Shown here piece after piece: positions 26,540-39,293 of a DNA stretch of 64,000 bases (positions are counted from its first letter, which is position 1; every line of letters begins with the position of its first letter). Made by a program: the position numbers and the translations under genes. A model generated the notes under the pieces. It made no database searches. It was not told the DNA's origin and saw only the letters and a list, made by a program, of their open reading frames with translations. Source of the DNA: Callorhinchus milii (Eukaryota). The DNA lies in NCBI RefSeq assembly GCF_018977255.1, contig NW_024704743.1, forward strand, positions 84,570,001 to 84,634,000. Reading direction: 5' to 3'.

Positions 26540-26725
26540 GTTGGTTGAGGAGAAAGGGTTAGTTCCACAAACAGTTTACCCAAAACAGTAGCCTGTCTTC
26601 TGATCAGTAAGTGCCAGTGGGTGATAAAGCTTGGGGGCTATCATAGCTAAACCAAACCATGTCCTCATTTAACATCCGCCTCCCTATAGACAGGCACACA
26701 GACACACTTCCAGTAGCAGGATGGG
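26540..26725 (-). mobile_element. Family Y middle fragment
   Basis: TGTCCTCATTTAACATCC...ACACACTTCCAGTAGCAGG is the reverse of the family Y centre. Confidence 0.5.
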
Positions 26726-28472
26726 GTCTCACGGTGGTGGGGTTAGGTGCCAAGCAACATTTGTCTTACAATTTAACACCGCTCAGAACTGCGGAAAATT
26801 CTTACATTCAGTGTTAAAGTTTAAATCGTTTTTATGCAGTCCTTAAAAAGAACTGGCTTCCATATTAAGACACAATTTAAGAATTTTCTACAATCCTGAG
26901 CAATTTTAAAATTTTAAGATAAAGTGGTCTATAGGCTGAGACTATATTGCAGTTTTGAAGCTATATGGTGCTGAATGACAATACACATTTTGTGGTCATT
27001 TGAGTAATAGCCTTTCCTGAGAAATATACTGTTACTGGCCTTGTAGTAATTTAGCGTTGGGTTTTATTAAACCTCTTTAGCATATCAAAGCACAGTAAAT
27101 GTGCAAATTGGTGTCATAAGGAAGCCTTTATTACATTTCCTTTCCATGTGATGCTCCCCTCCCCATCCCCCCATCCTTTCTGGCAAGGAATTAGTCACTG
27201 GGAAGTTCACTGGATGCCACTTCAAAGAGATGTTACTGCTTGGGCCCCTCCCCAGCAAACACATACATTCATTGTTACAACTAATGAATGCTTCCTGCAG
27301 AATTAATAATCATGATAAACCTTCTTGCTGGGCCAGCTGTCTGTGGGTGACCGGGGTGGTGGGGGTGGTGGGGGGGGGGAGTGGGGAGAGGGGTTATGGA
27401 GGAAGAAGAGCCATTGATAGTTGGAAACTGCAGAGTTGCAAACGTATCCACAAAGGATAACTCGCTTGTTTTTTGTATCCACTCTCTTTACCCCCACCTC
27501 CATGTTAATAGCATGTAATAACATGCTAATAGTATGCCAGTAGCTCTGAACCTGCAGAGCTGACCGCATTTCAAATTAGTTTCGGAAAGGTGATCCAGAG
27601 TTGTGAAGAGGCAAGAGAAGTGGAACCCTCAAATTGTTTGTTTATTCAGGCATCAAAGGGAGGCTCCTGTTCTGACACTGAAATTGCCTTCTCACCAATG
27701 TATAAGAAGGAGCCACCATGATGTCTGTAAGACAAACAGCTGATAGTTAAAGTGTAAGAGTCTATACCTCATAATTAGGCATAAATAATAAGCTGGAATT
27801 CTATCTTCATTTCATTCAATGTTTTATGATTTTATTTTAACATTAAACTTCGACTCATGTCACCAGAATGCCTTCAGATTTCCCAGAAGAGTAAAGTTGG
27901 CCTGGACAAGGGTCCACAATTTGGAGATATTCAACCTTCAAGTCTCCATTAAAACAATTAATTGAATGAAGGGGGAGTGGATGAAATCTCCATGCCTCAG
28001 AGATCAGGGACAGTAAGGTAATTCAATGACTATATGGACTCCAAGTTCTGATTTGGGGTTTGAACCTACAATCTTCTGACTCAGAGGTGAGAGTGCTACC
28101 AACTGAGTCAGTTTGACTCATTAAATTTTATGGCAATGGAACGATTGAAGAAGTTATCAGTCTATAGGTCCGTGGAAAAAATGAGTTTGAGTCAGAGACA
28201 AGTGGAATGAGTCTTGATTACAACTCAGGGAGAAGAAAAAGCAAATAGATGAAAAAGCTTTGGAGAAGCAAAGAAGGAAATCTTTGAAGGAGCAAAAAAA
28301 CCATAAGACTCACAAGAAAATAAAGATTCAAAAGGTTGCAATGAAGAGAGACCGGATGGCAACTAAAGGTAAGGGAATGATCACCTATCAACCTATCAGA
28401 CCATAGAACCATAAAACCATAGAAATTTACAGCACAGAAGGACAATATAACTGTTCTTATACCTTGTCTAGA

Positions 28473-28668
28473 GGCCTGAATTTCCACCTAGTCTTAGTGT
28501 GCAAGACCATTTATTTAAACTTATGTCCTAATTTGGAAGTTGCTTTTCCTTAGTTCTTAAAATAAAACTGTATCTAAATTAGTACTGAATTGAAATTTTT
28601 TTTCACAGTTCTGTGCAATTCTAACTTTTAAGACAAAGTAGACTTTAAGACTAGATGGAATTTTGGGT
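28473..28668. mobile_element. Palindromic MITE-like element
   Basis: Left TTCCACCTAGTCTTA versus right TAAGACTAGATGGAA (14 of 15 complementary); related sequence at about 52900-53073 and 26770-26930. Confidence 0.62.
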
Positions 28669-31231
28669 AATATTTGTGGTGTTGCTTAACCTGTTTCTTA
28701 TACTATTTTAACAGGGAACAGGTTAAGAAAGACAGGAATTGCTCCCCCAATTTGATGACAAGTCCCTGCACAGGACAAAATGAGCTTTAGTCAGGAAACA
28801 CCAGCAGTATTGTTCTCTGTGTATAAGAGCAACGGCCACTGTGGGACGCTCAATTTAACACATGGTCATTTCTGCTACAATTTCTGACAGCTTTGACAAA
28901 TTCATCTAGAGTAAGTATTTCCACAAGTAATATCAGCTCACCAATGTGGCAGTGAAAGGAAAGTTTTACTCTGCATCCCACCCACTTTGCATCTGCACCA
29001 GGAATACTCAAATGTAAGAAGTTGAAACAGCAATGCAGCAACCCACCTCTTCCTGGTTAAGCGCCGAAACAATACACTGCATCAGAATAATCTACGGAAA
29101 ATTGTAGCAGGGATATAAATATTTTTCAGATTGATCTCTTTAATGATAAACCATTCAATCTTGCTACCTGTCTTCCTGCCTTCCGAAACATCCTGATAGC
29201 ATATCTTTTGAAACCAAGTCATACATCCCTGCACCATAATTTTTGTCAAACGCTTTTATATGTTTTTTACTCTGAGTCTCCAGAGGTACTAACTTTACAA
29301 TACAATACAAAATTACATTTGTATAGCGCCTTTCATGTCGGGAGAACATCCCAACTTTGCCACCAATCTGCAGGCGTTGGTGCTTTTCAAGCCACTGCAG
29401 TCTTTACACAACCTTCGAACGCTATAGACTGCAGTAACAAAATGATCTTATCTTTCTTCCTACACAAATACTTTACCTTGCTTCTCGTCCCACAGTGATG
29501 CACACGAGGAGGTCTTGACATTAATACATTGCATCGTATTACATATGCGTGAACCACCTTTAGAATTTTTTTGTGACTTCCACTACTGAAATAATGTTGG
29601 TAGAAGCCAGGGAAGATTAATCCACAATTTCACGACTGATGTTTGCTTGAAGGAGGTTGCAAACAAATTGGTTGTCTGTTTGTACATGCACTAATAAGTT
29701 GACATCATCTCCGGACATACTTGATGATGTTTTGATATCTATAAATCACTGGTTCTGGTCACTCTGACACTTTAAGGTTTCATCAGAAAGCAGGATCTCT
29801 CCTGCATGCAGAGGCAAACAGGAGATCTTATTCATGGTGGGGGGGGGGGAGGCGGGGTTGCTGCATTGCAATCTGTCATTTGGCACTGGGAAAAGCTGCC
29901 ATTTTGAGTTGCTTCCTGAGCTTGATCTGTGTAAAAGAGGTAAAATATGTCATTTTAAATGAAAGACTAAATAAACATAAGTTGTTGTACCAATACTCCA
30001 AAATTAACAGTGAACCCTGTTCAATCGCTCAGTTTGCATACGGGACAATTTTACTTTTGCACAGAAAGGGTAGTGATGAAGCACTGTGAGTTGACCAATG
30101 CCTACTATACCTCATCAACTTTGCCCTTTTAACATGTTCTTTGCGTTTGCCTATTATTTTCACAATTAGTATACTTTACTCCAGTGCTTCTCTTCAAGCA
30201 GTGACCTGAAGAGACATTTGCCTGTGGACCTGCTGGCAGGTGCTCCGAGTATCTTAAACACCACTGATGCTATCCATCACATACTACCACACTTCCCACC
30301 TTGTTTGCATGTCAAAAGGCTGACCTCCTACACCAAAATGTCAGAGCACCTCTCAATAATTGTGTGCATGAGCACACACAGTGATTCTTAAGAAAATTGT
30401 CTTCTACACATTTGAGGTTGAGTCAGTTTCCTTGAAGCATTCTGCACTCCACAGCTGTTTTGAGGACATTTTGCATGTTATGCCATTCAGTTGTCTCACT
30501 ACTTATTTTAGAAGTGTAAATAACACCTTGTTGTAGATGCATCATTATTAGTTTCTGCTATTTTGTTCAAACTGAACAAAATCACACTTTCTTAGGGCTT
30601 ATGCGATCGTGTTAGCATTTGTTTTGGAAATGTTGCTTTTATGTCCAATTTTAGCGAACAAGTGGCAGACTATTTATATCAAGTGAGTTAAACCGCAACC
30701 AACGTGATTTCAACCACTGTCACTGGAACAGTTGGTTCTGGTTTTATTCAGCAACTAATGATAATAATAATAATCCTTGGTTTGATATAACACCTTATTA
30801 CACCTTCTAGCTGTCTCAAAGCGCTTCACAGAATATATGTAAAGTGAGTTGCCTCGGTATGTCCCCCTGACATGAAAGGCGCTATACAGATGTAATTTGT
30901 TGTTGTATGTTTTGTAGTCGAAATATGATCAATGTGTAGCTTATGTGGAGATGTTTGTGTGCTATAAGAAACCAATTGCAAAACATATACAAGATATACA
31001 CAATGTCTACCCCTTGAGGCATCAATTTTAATGAACGAGTTTTATTAAGTTAATGCTGAACTAGAACATGTTGTTGCCATCATATGATTAAAATGGCTTA
31101 TCTTGTCTGTGATTACGTTTAATATAGTTAATAGAATCTGACATTCATTTTCACGGAGACAGAATATTGCACTCACATGGAAACAGGATTTATGTCTAAT
31201 GATTAACCATCTCTGAATTCTTTTCTGGCAC

Positions 31232-31583
31232 TAATAATAATAATGCAATTGATATAGCTCCTTATCACGTCTTCGAGACATCTCAAAGGACTTCACAGAA
31301 TATATTGTAAAGTGAATTGACTGTCTATTTTGTGGGCGAAATGCGGTAGCCACAGCAGTGTCTCACAAGCAGCATGGATTGAAGTGACCAATTTTTTTGA
31401 AGGAATTATTACCCCTGGAAAAGCAATCTACCGATCAACTAACAATCGGATTCCTACTTACTGCTAGGTAAACAGAGGCATATAAAGTAGGGAAACTTGC
31501 CCAACAATTCGCCCTGCCTGGAATCAAACCCAGGTCTCTCGCCTACGAGGTGAGTGTTTTAACACTGAGCTACAGGATTCCAC
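31232..31583 (-). mobile_element. tRNA-Ala-derived SINE, long variant
   Basis: Reverse complement has the head GTGGAATCCTGTAGCTCAGT, the extra central block GCCTCTGTTTACCTAGCAGTAAGTAGGAA and an (ATT)n tail. Confidence 0.9.
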
Positions 31584-33879
31584 TAGTTATCAAATGGGCC
31601 AGTAGATCTTAAATGCCCCTATAAAATATATGAAAAACATCTTAAATAGCACAAAAGAGATGAAAATTAAATTTGCCAACGTAAAGTTCTCACCTCAGAT
31701 AATTCTGAAGTAATCACAACTTTGTAGTCAGCTTCAAGATCTAAATGGTTTTGTCTTGTCTATCATTCAAGCACCTTGGAACGATACCCTTCATGAGGGG
31801 TGCTATATAAATGCAAGTTGATTTTGGTAGTGATGTTGTGCCATTTACTTGTAATTTCAATAACATCACCTAGAAATGAATTGTGGAATTACCAGCCATT
31901 CATAGAATCATAGTTCCAATGGATTAGCACCATGCAAAGGTACTTAAAGAACAAAAATCAGCAGATAAAGAGAATTTTCAAATACTTATAAAATTCGTAA
32001 TCACGTCACTTCACAGTAAAAATCCTGTAAAGCGCTTTGAGACTCCCTCCTAACATGAAATACGCTATACCAAATGAGAACATTATCATTTTCTCACTTT
32101 TGGCATCAAACTATATTAAGTTTTATAGCAACTAGTTACATCTTGGGTGTATCACCTTGTGTTTGGAATTCACAGTTTATCTGATATGGGCATGATCATC
32201 GAAGCTGGCTTAAAAAGTATCTGGCCTTATTTTTTTGTGCACTTTTGTCAAGGCAGGAAGAAGATGTCAGAGGCAAAGCTTTCTTGAACCAAATAATGTT
32301 CAATTTTGGAAATTGATTGATGAAGAAGCGTCTTCGAATTGGTCACTGCAAGCTGTGAAGAGTCTGATGACACAGTTAAATTCTTGGGGGAAATGGATGT
32401 TAATTGCTGTCTAGACATTTTATTACTGCAAAAGAACACTAATGATTGACTATTGCTGCCTTCTTTTTTCCACATAAAACAGATCAGAGTGAACTGTTTG
32501 TTTTGTTTGTTTTTTTGTTTTAAAGTATAGCAGCAGAAGTATCAAAACGTTGGTGCAATAATCAAGTTTTTCCATTTGTTTCTAAAGGCCTTATAGGAGA
32601 ACGTTCCCACAGTAGTCCCTATCATGCAGTATCTATGTACATCTTTATAAGATGGGTCATTAAAAGTAGTGTCACCAACTGCATCCAATGAAACTATTCT
32701 GATTCCCCTGCCTCGTAATCGTTGCGACACAATGTAACTGATCTCTTTCCTTTTAGGACTTCAATATTTTCACTGTTTATATATGAAGTTTCAATATTTG
32801 CAGTTTCCTTAAATTTGTGTTTTCACGTTTAGTCTGTAGCAGGCTGCAACCGAAAATACCTTTTAAAGAAGTGTGAAATTGTGAATCTCTATAGCGTTAA
32901 CTAGAAGATATCATTAACTTTAAAACTCACTGTGGTGCACATCAGCAAATTTGTTAATAAATCTCAATTTGTTTCACCTAAATGCTTACTGAAAGCACAT
33001 AATAAACCTGTTCCTATCAAACTGGTACCAGTTTTTTCTAAGACATTTCCTCTGTTCTCCGACTTTGTGTAAGCCTTAGAGGAAGTTACTGTTTCAGACA
33101 GTTTGCACAGATGGTGACCACCCTCAGTCAACATTCTCATAAAAAGTTTTTTTTTGATACATGCAGACGAAGATAAAAGGTTGGAGTGTAGAACTATAAA
33201 AGTAACCAGGAGCTGAGTGTTAAAAGAAAATCAGTATTCACTGGTTAACCCATGCTTTATGTCTTGTTGAATTTTATTAATTCCCCATTTTCGTTTACAC
33301 CCTTTGCCTCCTGTGTCATTTATGTTCCTGACAGATGTCTCCAAGTGTTCTTTGGTGGCAAGCTGTGAGGATTAGGCCTTTGACAGCAATCTAGATTCCT
33401 GATGGGGAAAAATGAAAAATGGTAGCGTATGAAATACTGTCAGATTAAACCACTTTGGGATTTTTTTACGTGAAATCCACATGACACTGTTAGACACTCA
33501 AAGCTGATGGTTAACTGAGAATTGATCTGAAAAGACACAGCCTATTCCATTTGGGTGAGCTGGATGGTACAAATAATGTTCTCATATTCCTCTCTTCTTG
33601 TATTGTATTTCAATTTGGAGTGGCAAAACATCATACCAAAGAATGTACAATAAACAGCAAATTCTCAGTTCCTGTTTTTCTTCACAAGATATTCCTGTAG
33701 CTTTAAACATCTTCAATGGGCAGTCAAAAATGGAGTACACCATAAGAACTGTGGAAATGTTGCAATTCTGCTGCTTTTTTCTTGGCCGAATAATAATAGC
33801 CAGTTATAGCTTTCAGTCCCTATGGAATTTTGGGAGTTCTCTGGAATTTCCTCTCAATATCTCTCAAGTATTTGTCTGA

Positions 33880-34090
33880 CATCACCATGTTTAAGAGTTG
33901 AGAATATCCAAACTAGACAGAGTTCCACACATATAAACCAGCTACACATGGAAATTTCCCTCAGTCTAGAATGAAATAGGCTTTCTCTTCCTGGAGGGAC
34001 CCATCCTGCTTACTTAATTCCAGAGTATTAGTTGCAGTTTGGTAAGAGCCAGGTCTTGGGGATCCCTGAGTGTTCGTCGGTTCCAGAACA
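33880..34090 (-). mobile_element. Family X, copy E (3' part)
   Basis: CATCACCATGTTTAAGAG, CTACACATGGAAATTTC, TTACTTAATTCCAGAG, TTGGTAAGAGCCA shared with copy C. Confidence 0.8.
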
Positions 34091-35489
34091 AATCTTCTAC
34101 CAGGATGATCAAGGAATTATTTCACAACTCTGCTTCTCACAATGCTGCCTTAATATCACTGCACCTAATTGTTCTCTCATCTCACCCACTGAGTTGAGAT
34201 CATCTTTGCTCTGTGGAGCAGCATTAGTCTGCAAATCAAAAGAAGAAAAGCAAAGAGGCTTAGCATACCGCTGCACTACAGATTAAACACTTCTTCAAAG
34301 GTGCCACAGACCAGCCTCCTAATTTGCCCTGCAACAATTTTCAAAATCGCATCATCCAAGGTTCCTAGAATTTTTCTTTCAAATCTCTGTATTCCTGGTG
34401 ACTTGGACTCTTTCTTTTAATTAGTTGTTCCTTTCTATTTGCATCCACAACCAATGAGCAAAACTTCAATTCTGTAACCTACTATGATCTTATTTATTTA
34501 GTGGACTGAGCTCCTCTGGTTGGAAAGCAGTTTTATGTTAATTCTTTCCTGAACAGTTTCAGCATTAATTTTGTTGGCAATATATGTGTCCTTTAAGAAT
34601 TTCTAACACATTCTATCTCCTGCAGCATAAATATTGTGTTGAACATGTTCAAATAAATCAGAAGAAATAAGAAATAATTACATTTACTGGATAGTTTAAC
34701 CCTTTCACCTCCTATGAAAATGGACGTTATGAAAGATGATAAGAAACCATCATTGTACAGAAACCGAACATATTTGATAAAAGTATGAATGAGTATTTTG
34801 GCTGCAGAAGGGGTGAGATCGGTACACCAGCAGGTAATGTTAGAGATATAAGAAGGCCAGATATAAAGGATTCAAATAGTTGGAGGCACATCACAAAATT
34901 AAGAAAAAGTAAGAATGAGCTGCATTTTGACTCCCATGTGGTAAATCAACCTCTAAATGAAGACTGAATGTAAGAGCTAAGCACAATTGTTTCCCGTCTT
35001 AACATTTAAAACAACATAGTCTTAGCATCTAAGAACAGGTGTAATCCAGGACTCATATTAAAAAAAGTTTGCATCACAGCACTGACTGGAGCTCCAACCC
35101 GCCAAGGCCTCCAATCTCTGCCACTAAGGATTCAGTACAGCACTTCCTGGCTGCAGTGAATAAAAAAAGCACATTACACATTTCTGTTTAAAACAGCTCC
35201 AGCTGAGAAACATTCTGCATGCTGTTCATTACATCTTCTTCATCAGGCATCTGTTTGTTGCCTACACTCTATTCCAAATGCTTCCTGCCTTCAATTTGTC
35301 TCAATTATCAAGCTGAGCTCATCTGTCACAAAATATGGAACGGAGTAAATCTAGTTACATTGCACGGGGCTATTCCTGGAACTGAACATACCAAAAACTT
35401 CTTTAATGTAGAAAGTCTGGTTGAATTATTGTTACCCAGATTGGTCACCAAATAACATGATGTTTTTCTCAGAGAATATAAGGAAATAG

Positions 35490-35801
35490 TCTGAGTTGGT
35501 GCTCCATGCCGGTGATGGGGCAACTGCTCTATTTCTGGAGATGCCATCCCTCAGATGAAACATTAACTTAGCTCCCTGTTCAGGTGGACATTCAAGCTCC
35601 TATGACTCTATTTGAAAATGCAAAGGGAATTTTTTCTGGTGTCCTAGTCACAATCCTCCAGATAAATTGGTCATTCATCTCCTTGCCGTGTTGGCCACCA
35701 AATTCACTTACAAATTACAACATTTGACAATAATTATTACAAAGCAATTTGAGACATTTATGATGTTATAGGCGCTATATCAAATGCAAGGATCATTATT
35801 A
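35490..35801 (+). mobile_element. Old DeuSINE-like copy
   Basis: GATGCCATC...CAGATGAAACATTAA...TTCAGGTGGACATT...GGTGTCCTAG...GGCGCTATATCAAATGCAAGGATCATTATT. Confidence 0.75.
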
Positions 35802-35899
35802 TTTAACCATGGCACTGAAATAGTCCATTGATCTTTTCAATCATTCTCCTTCTACAACACACAAAACATCTACTCTTAATCATGCAGCTCACAGCCACC

Positions 35900-36060
35900 A
35901 ACTCAGTGTCCAGGCAAAAGTTGCTGTCTGCCACAACCCCCAGGGACCGATAAGAATCAACAATTGGGACTGAAGTCCCTTCTACCTTCCAATAAATACC
36001 CTTGATATCTTTTCTTGAACCGTGCGGAACAATGATTCCACACTTGGAGGCACCCAAGTC
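35900..36060 (-). pseudogene. Possible fragment of a divergent non-LTR reverse transcriptase (domain 6-7/thumb region)
   Basis: LGASKCGII...WKVEGTSVPIVDSYRSLGVVADSNF resembles the generic non-LTR pattern xxxKCxxx...IPxVxxYKYLGV; bounded by stops. Confidence 0.4.
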
Positions 36061-36312
36061 TCAGTCTCTATAATTTGTGGGCAACAAATATCTTGATTGT
36101 AATATTCATTGTTAACATGCCACCATGAAACACAAGTGACATATACCAAGCATAAAAGTAAAATGTACTCTATTATGTCATTGGTATAGTAATAATCCCC
36201 AAATCAATTATGTGTCCTATCATTATGAATAAGATGGTACAGAAAAGTACTCAATAAAATTTGCTAACTTTGTTTCTAAAATGACATTAGCATTTATAGA
36301 CTGAGGAGAATC

Positions 36313-36655
36313 CAACAAGAACAACAACAAAATTACATTGAAAGAGCGCGTCTCACGTCGGGAGGACGTCCCAAGGCACTGGGCAGTCAGGGATCAGGAC
36401 ACGAGCATGGGGGAGAGGTGGTGTAGGGGTAAGGGAAGGCAGAGAGGTGGGAGGGAGACCAAAGGCACGATTGAAGAGGAGGGTCTTGAGACCGGCCTTG
36501 AAGGAGGCAAGGGAGGAAGTGAGGCGAAGGAACTGTGGGATGGAGTTCCAGAGTGTGGGGGCAGAGAGGCTAAAAGCTCGGCCACCAATGGTAGGGCAGG
36601 TCGGGAGGGAGACATGGAGCAGGCTGAACGGAGGAAGTGGGCAGGTTGGTAGGGA
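36313..36655 (-). mobile_element. L2 3' end (same family as 5279-7005)
   Basis: CAACAAGAACAACAAC tail; CACGTCGGGAGGACGTCCCAAGGC and TTGAGACCGGCCTTGAAGGAGG nearly identical to the young copy. Confidence 0.92.
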
Positions 36656-38911
36656 ACTGCCACACTTATCCTAGCCTGTACTGTACTGCTATAAACTTGT
36701 TTAAATTGGCTACACACGTATTAATAATAATTCTTCCAATTGGGATAGCCCCTTTCATGTCTGGAGGATATCCAAAAGAGCTTCATGGGATATACTATAA
36801 AGTGCAGTGACTGTGTATTTTGTGGCGTAGCAGCCAATTTGCGTAAAGCAATTTGTGAAACAATCCCATAATACAATGCTATTCATGTACCATCACCCAA
36901 CCATTCATTATACTGCTGCTCAGCAAATATCAAAATTAGGATCAAAAGTCATTAGCACTTTTCCTTTTCTTAAGTGCACTATTGATAAAATGTGAATGGC
37001 AAGGAAAGTGCAGTTGAGGCAAACAACTTCTATTTATAATCCACAAATGGTTTCATCTAATTTTATATAAACCTGATCAAAATGTTAAAATCGTGTCTTG
37101 TTCTATATTCCGCAGGGGTTACCATGAAAAGCTGTTTAACCATTAGTCCTATTTTCCACCTCTTTGGGCTACAAAGATGTACAACCCATAATTAACAACT
37201 TTTTTTATTGCTGTTACATTGGTAATTACAGGGTAGAGCCTACAGCTACTCAAGACCAGGAATCATTCCTGCTCCCAACACTCACTCCTCTCCCCCACCC
37301 ACCCCCTCCACCCTTTAAATTAAACTAACATTCTGGTGTTATGATTAGAATGCCACTGATTCTTAATCTCTGACAGGCACCTTTGAATGTTAAACGTAAT
37401 CACCACAATGTAACTATGCATATGGCAATCAATACATATACTGTAATATTTCCACTCTTTTCTTCTGAAGCAGCATAAAAAGCCATGCTGGGCAGAGATT
37501 AGATTATCAAGTATCACAGAACTGACTGCAACTTCAAAGGGCTCTAGAGCAAAGGAAACTATAGTTTATCAGGACTATAACTGTGCTGTGATTATCTTTC
37601 ATGTCACCCAGATGTAGAGCAGAATGGAGGACAACTGGGTCTGCATCAATTGCAGAGGCTGAGAGTACAGGCTGACGGAAAATATAAAAGCAGCATTTTT
37701 CATGGAAAATAAGTCATTAGTTTTGGGTCAGATATCGACAATAAACAGGTTCTCGAGTGTGCTAACTGCAAACCCTTCAATATTTGTGTGTCCACGCAGT
37801 GTGAGCATCTTATTGATAACGAACACAAGATGGCTTTTTTTTAGCATGGCCAAAATACTGGATTTCACACAGGTCAACAGATTGTTAATAGTCTGTCAAA
37901 GAATGACGCATTGATTGTCAGTAAAACTGTGAAGTGTTTGTCCTCGATCACTCCTGCAAGAGTGCTGCCTGCAGGTTCACTAAGAGAAATGGCTTTAGAG
38001 AAAGGAGAAATCAGTCCCTTGCAGCTAAAATATCAGATAGTAACGTCATTTCCTGATAGCCTTTTAGCTAGTTACCAACAGAGGTTTTTTTAAGATATTT
38101 ATATCTTCAAATCCAGCCCTCTGCCTCACGCCTCACGCCCCTCCCCACCGCCATCGCCTCACATGCAACATTTATTTACAATACTTTTGAGGCAGACGAT
38201 ATTCCACCCGGGCCTAGATTTATTCTATTTCCTTAGCATTTCTAAGCATGCTGTTTGGCAAATTTGACATATTTTCATATGGTTTTAAAATGTTAAAGCC
38301 AGTTTTCCATACATTCTCCAGAACCCACAGAAAATCAGACTGAATTCAATAATTTGCCAAATTTTGGGTGTGCTGAAAAGCTAAAACAATAAGAATAACC
38401 TAGGTGGAATTTTCCCCCACTTATGTCTCTGTACCTTCTTAGAAACTGTGCAACGATAACTTTGTGTTCTCAAATTTCTATTACGGTAGGGCATCATACT
38501 GTAATATCATTCCTGGGTGCTTACTTCTTGCTTAAGACTGTTTTCTCAAGATTTCCTGCTGTTTACAGGAACAGTTAGGCAGATGGGTCTTTATTACAAA
38601 GGAGGAAGTGGAAAGAAAATGGTCTCAAAGTAGAAGCAATTATCTGAGAGAATTGTATTCCATTAAATAAAATGTAAAATATTAAATATGATAAATGCTG
38701 AATTTCTTTTTAAAAAAGATACGGGATCCAGGCCGCAGTGTTCTTAAATGGATTCTGATATCTTAATTATTGATAATGATAAAACGAGGAGCACTTTATT
38801 AACTGAAAGTTCTTCGGGACAGAACCACCCCCTGTCCCCTGACTTTAGGAGAATTTTTTCTCCCTATCTCTCTCCAGATCGTAATAATAATAATCCTTGT
38901 GTTTGATGTAC

Positions 38912-39293
38912 GTGGAGTCCTGTAGCTCAGTGGTTATGAGCACTCACATCGCAAGCAAGAGATCTGGATTTGATTTCCTGCAGGGCGAAATGTTGGGCTA
39001 GTTACCTTACCCCACACACCTCTGTTTACCTTGCAGTAAGTAGGAACCTGGTTGTTAGTCAATTGGCAGATCGCTTTGCCAGGGGTAATAATTCTTTCAA
39101 AAACAATAATAATAATAATAAATTGGTCACTCAATCCATGACCATTTGTGGGACACTGCTGTGCACAATTGGCTGCCATGTTTTGCCCACAGAATACACA
39201 ATCAATTCACTTTATAGTATATTCTATGAAGCGCTTTGAGATGTCTTGAAGCCGTGATAAGGCTCTCTATCAAATACAAGGATTATTATTATT
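38912..39293 (+). mobile_element. tRNA-Ala-derived SINE, long variant, inserted into an antisense SINE tail (38882-38911 + 39295-39362)
   Basis: Head GTGGAGTCCTGTAGCTCAGTGG; central CCTCTGTTTACCTTGCAGTAAGTAGGAACC; L2-like tail. Confidence 0.92.

Noticed and set aside
28800..30500. Unique-looking sequence with possible minus-strand exons (e.g. 29047-29091 IILMQCIVSALNQEE) or a decayed transposase
   Set aside because: All longer frames contain multiple stops and I recognise no family motif; it would need BLASTX to revive.
32250..32730. Protein-like short frames after a pyrimidine tract
   Set aside because: No consistent acceptor/donor pair with an open frame and no recognisable homology.
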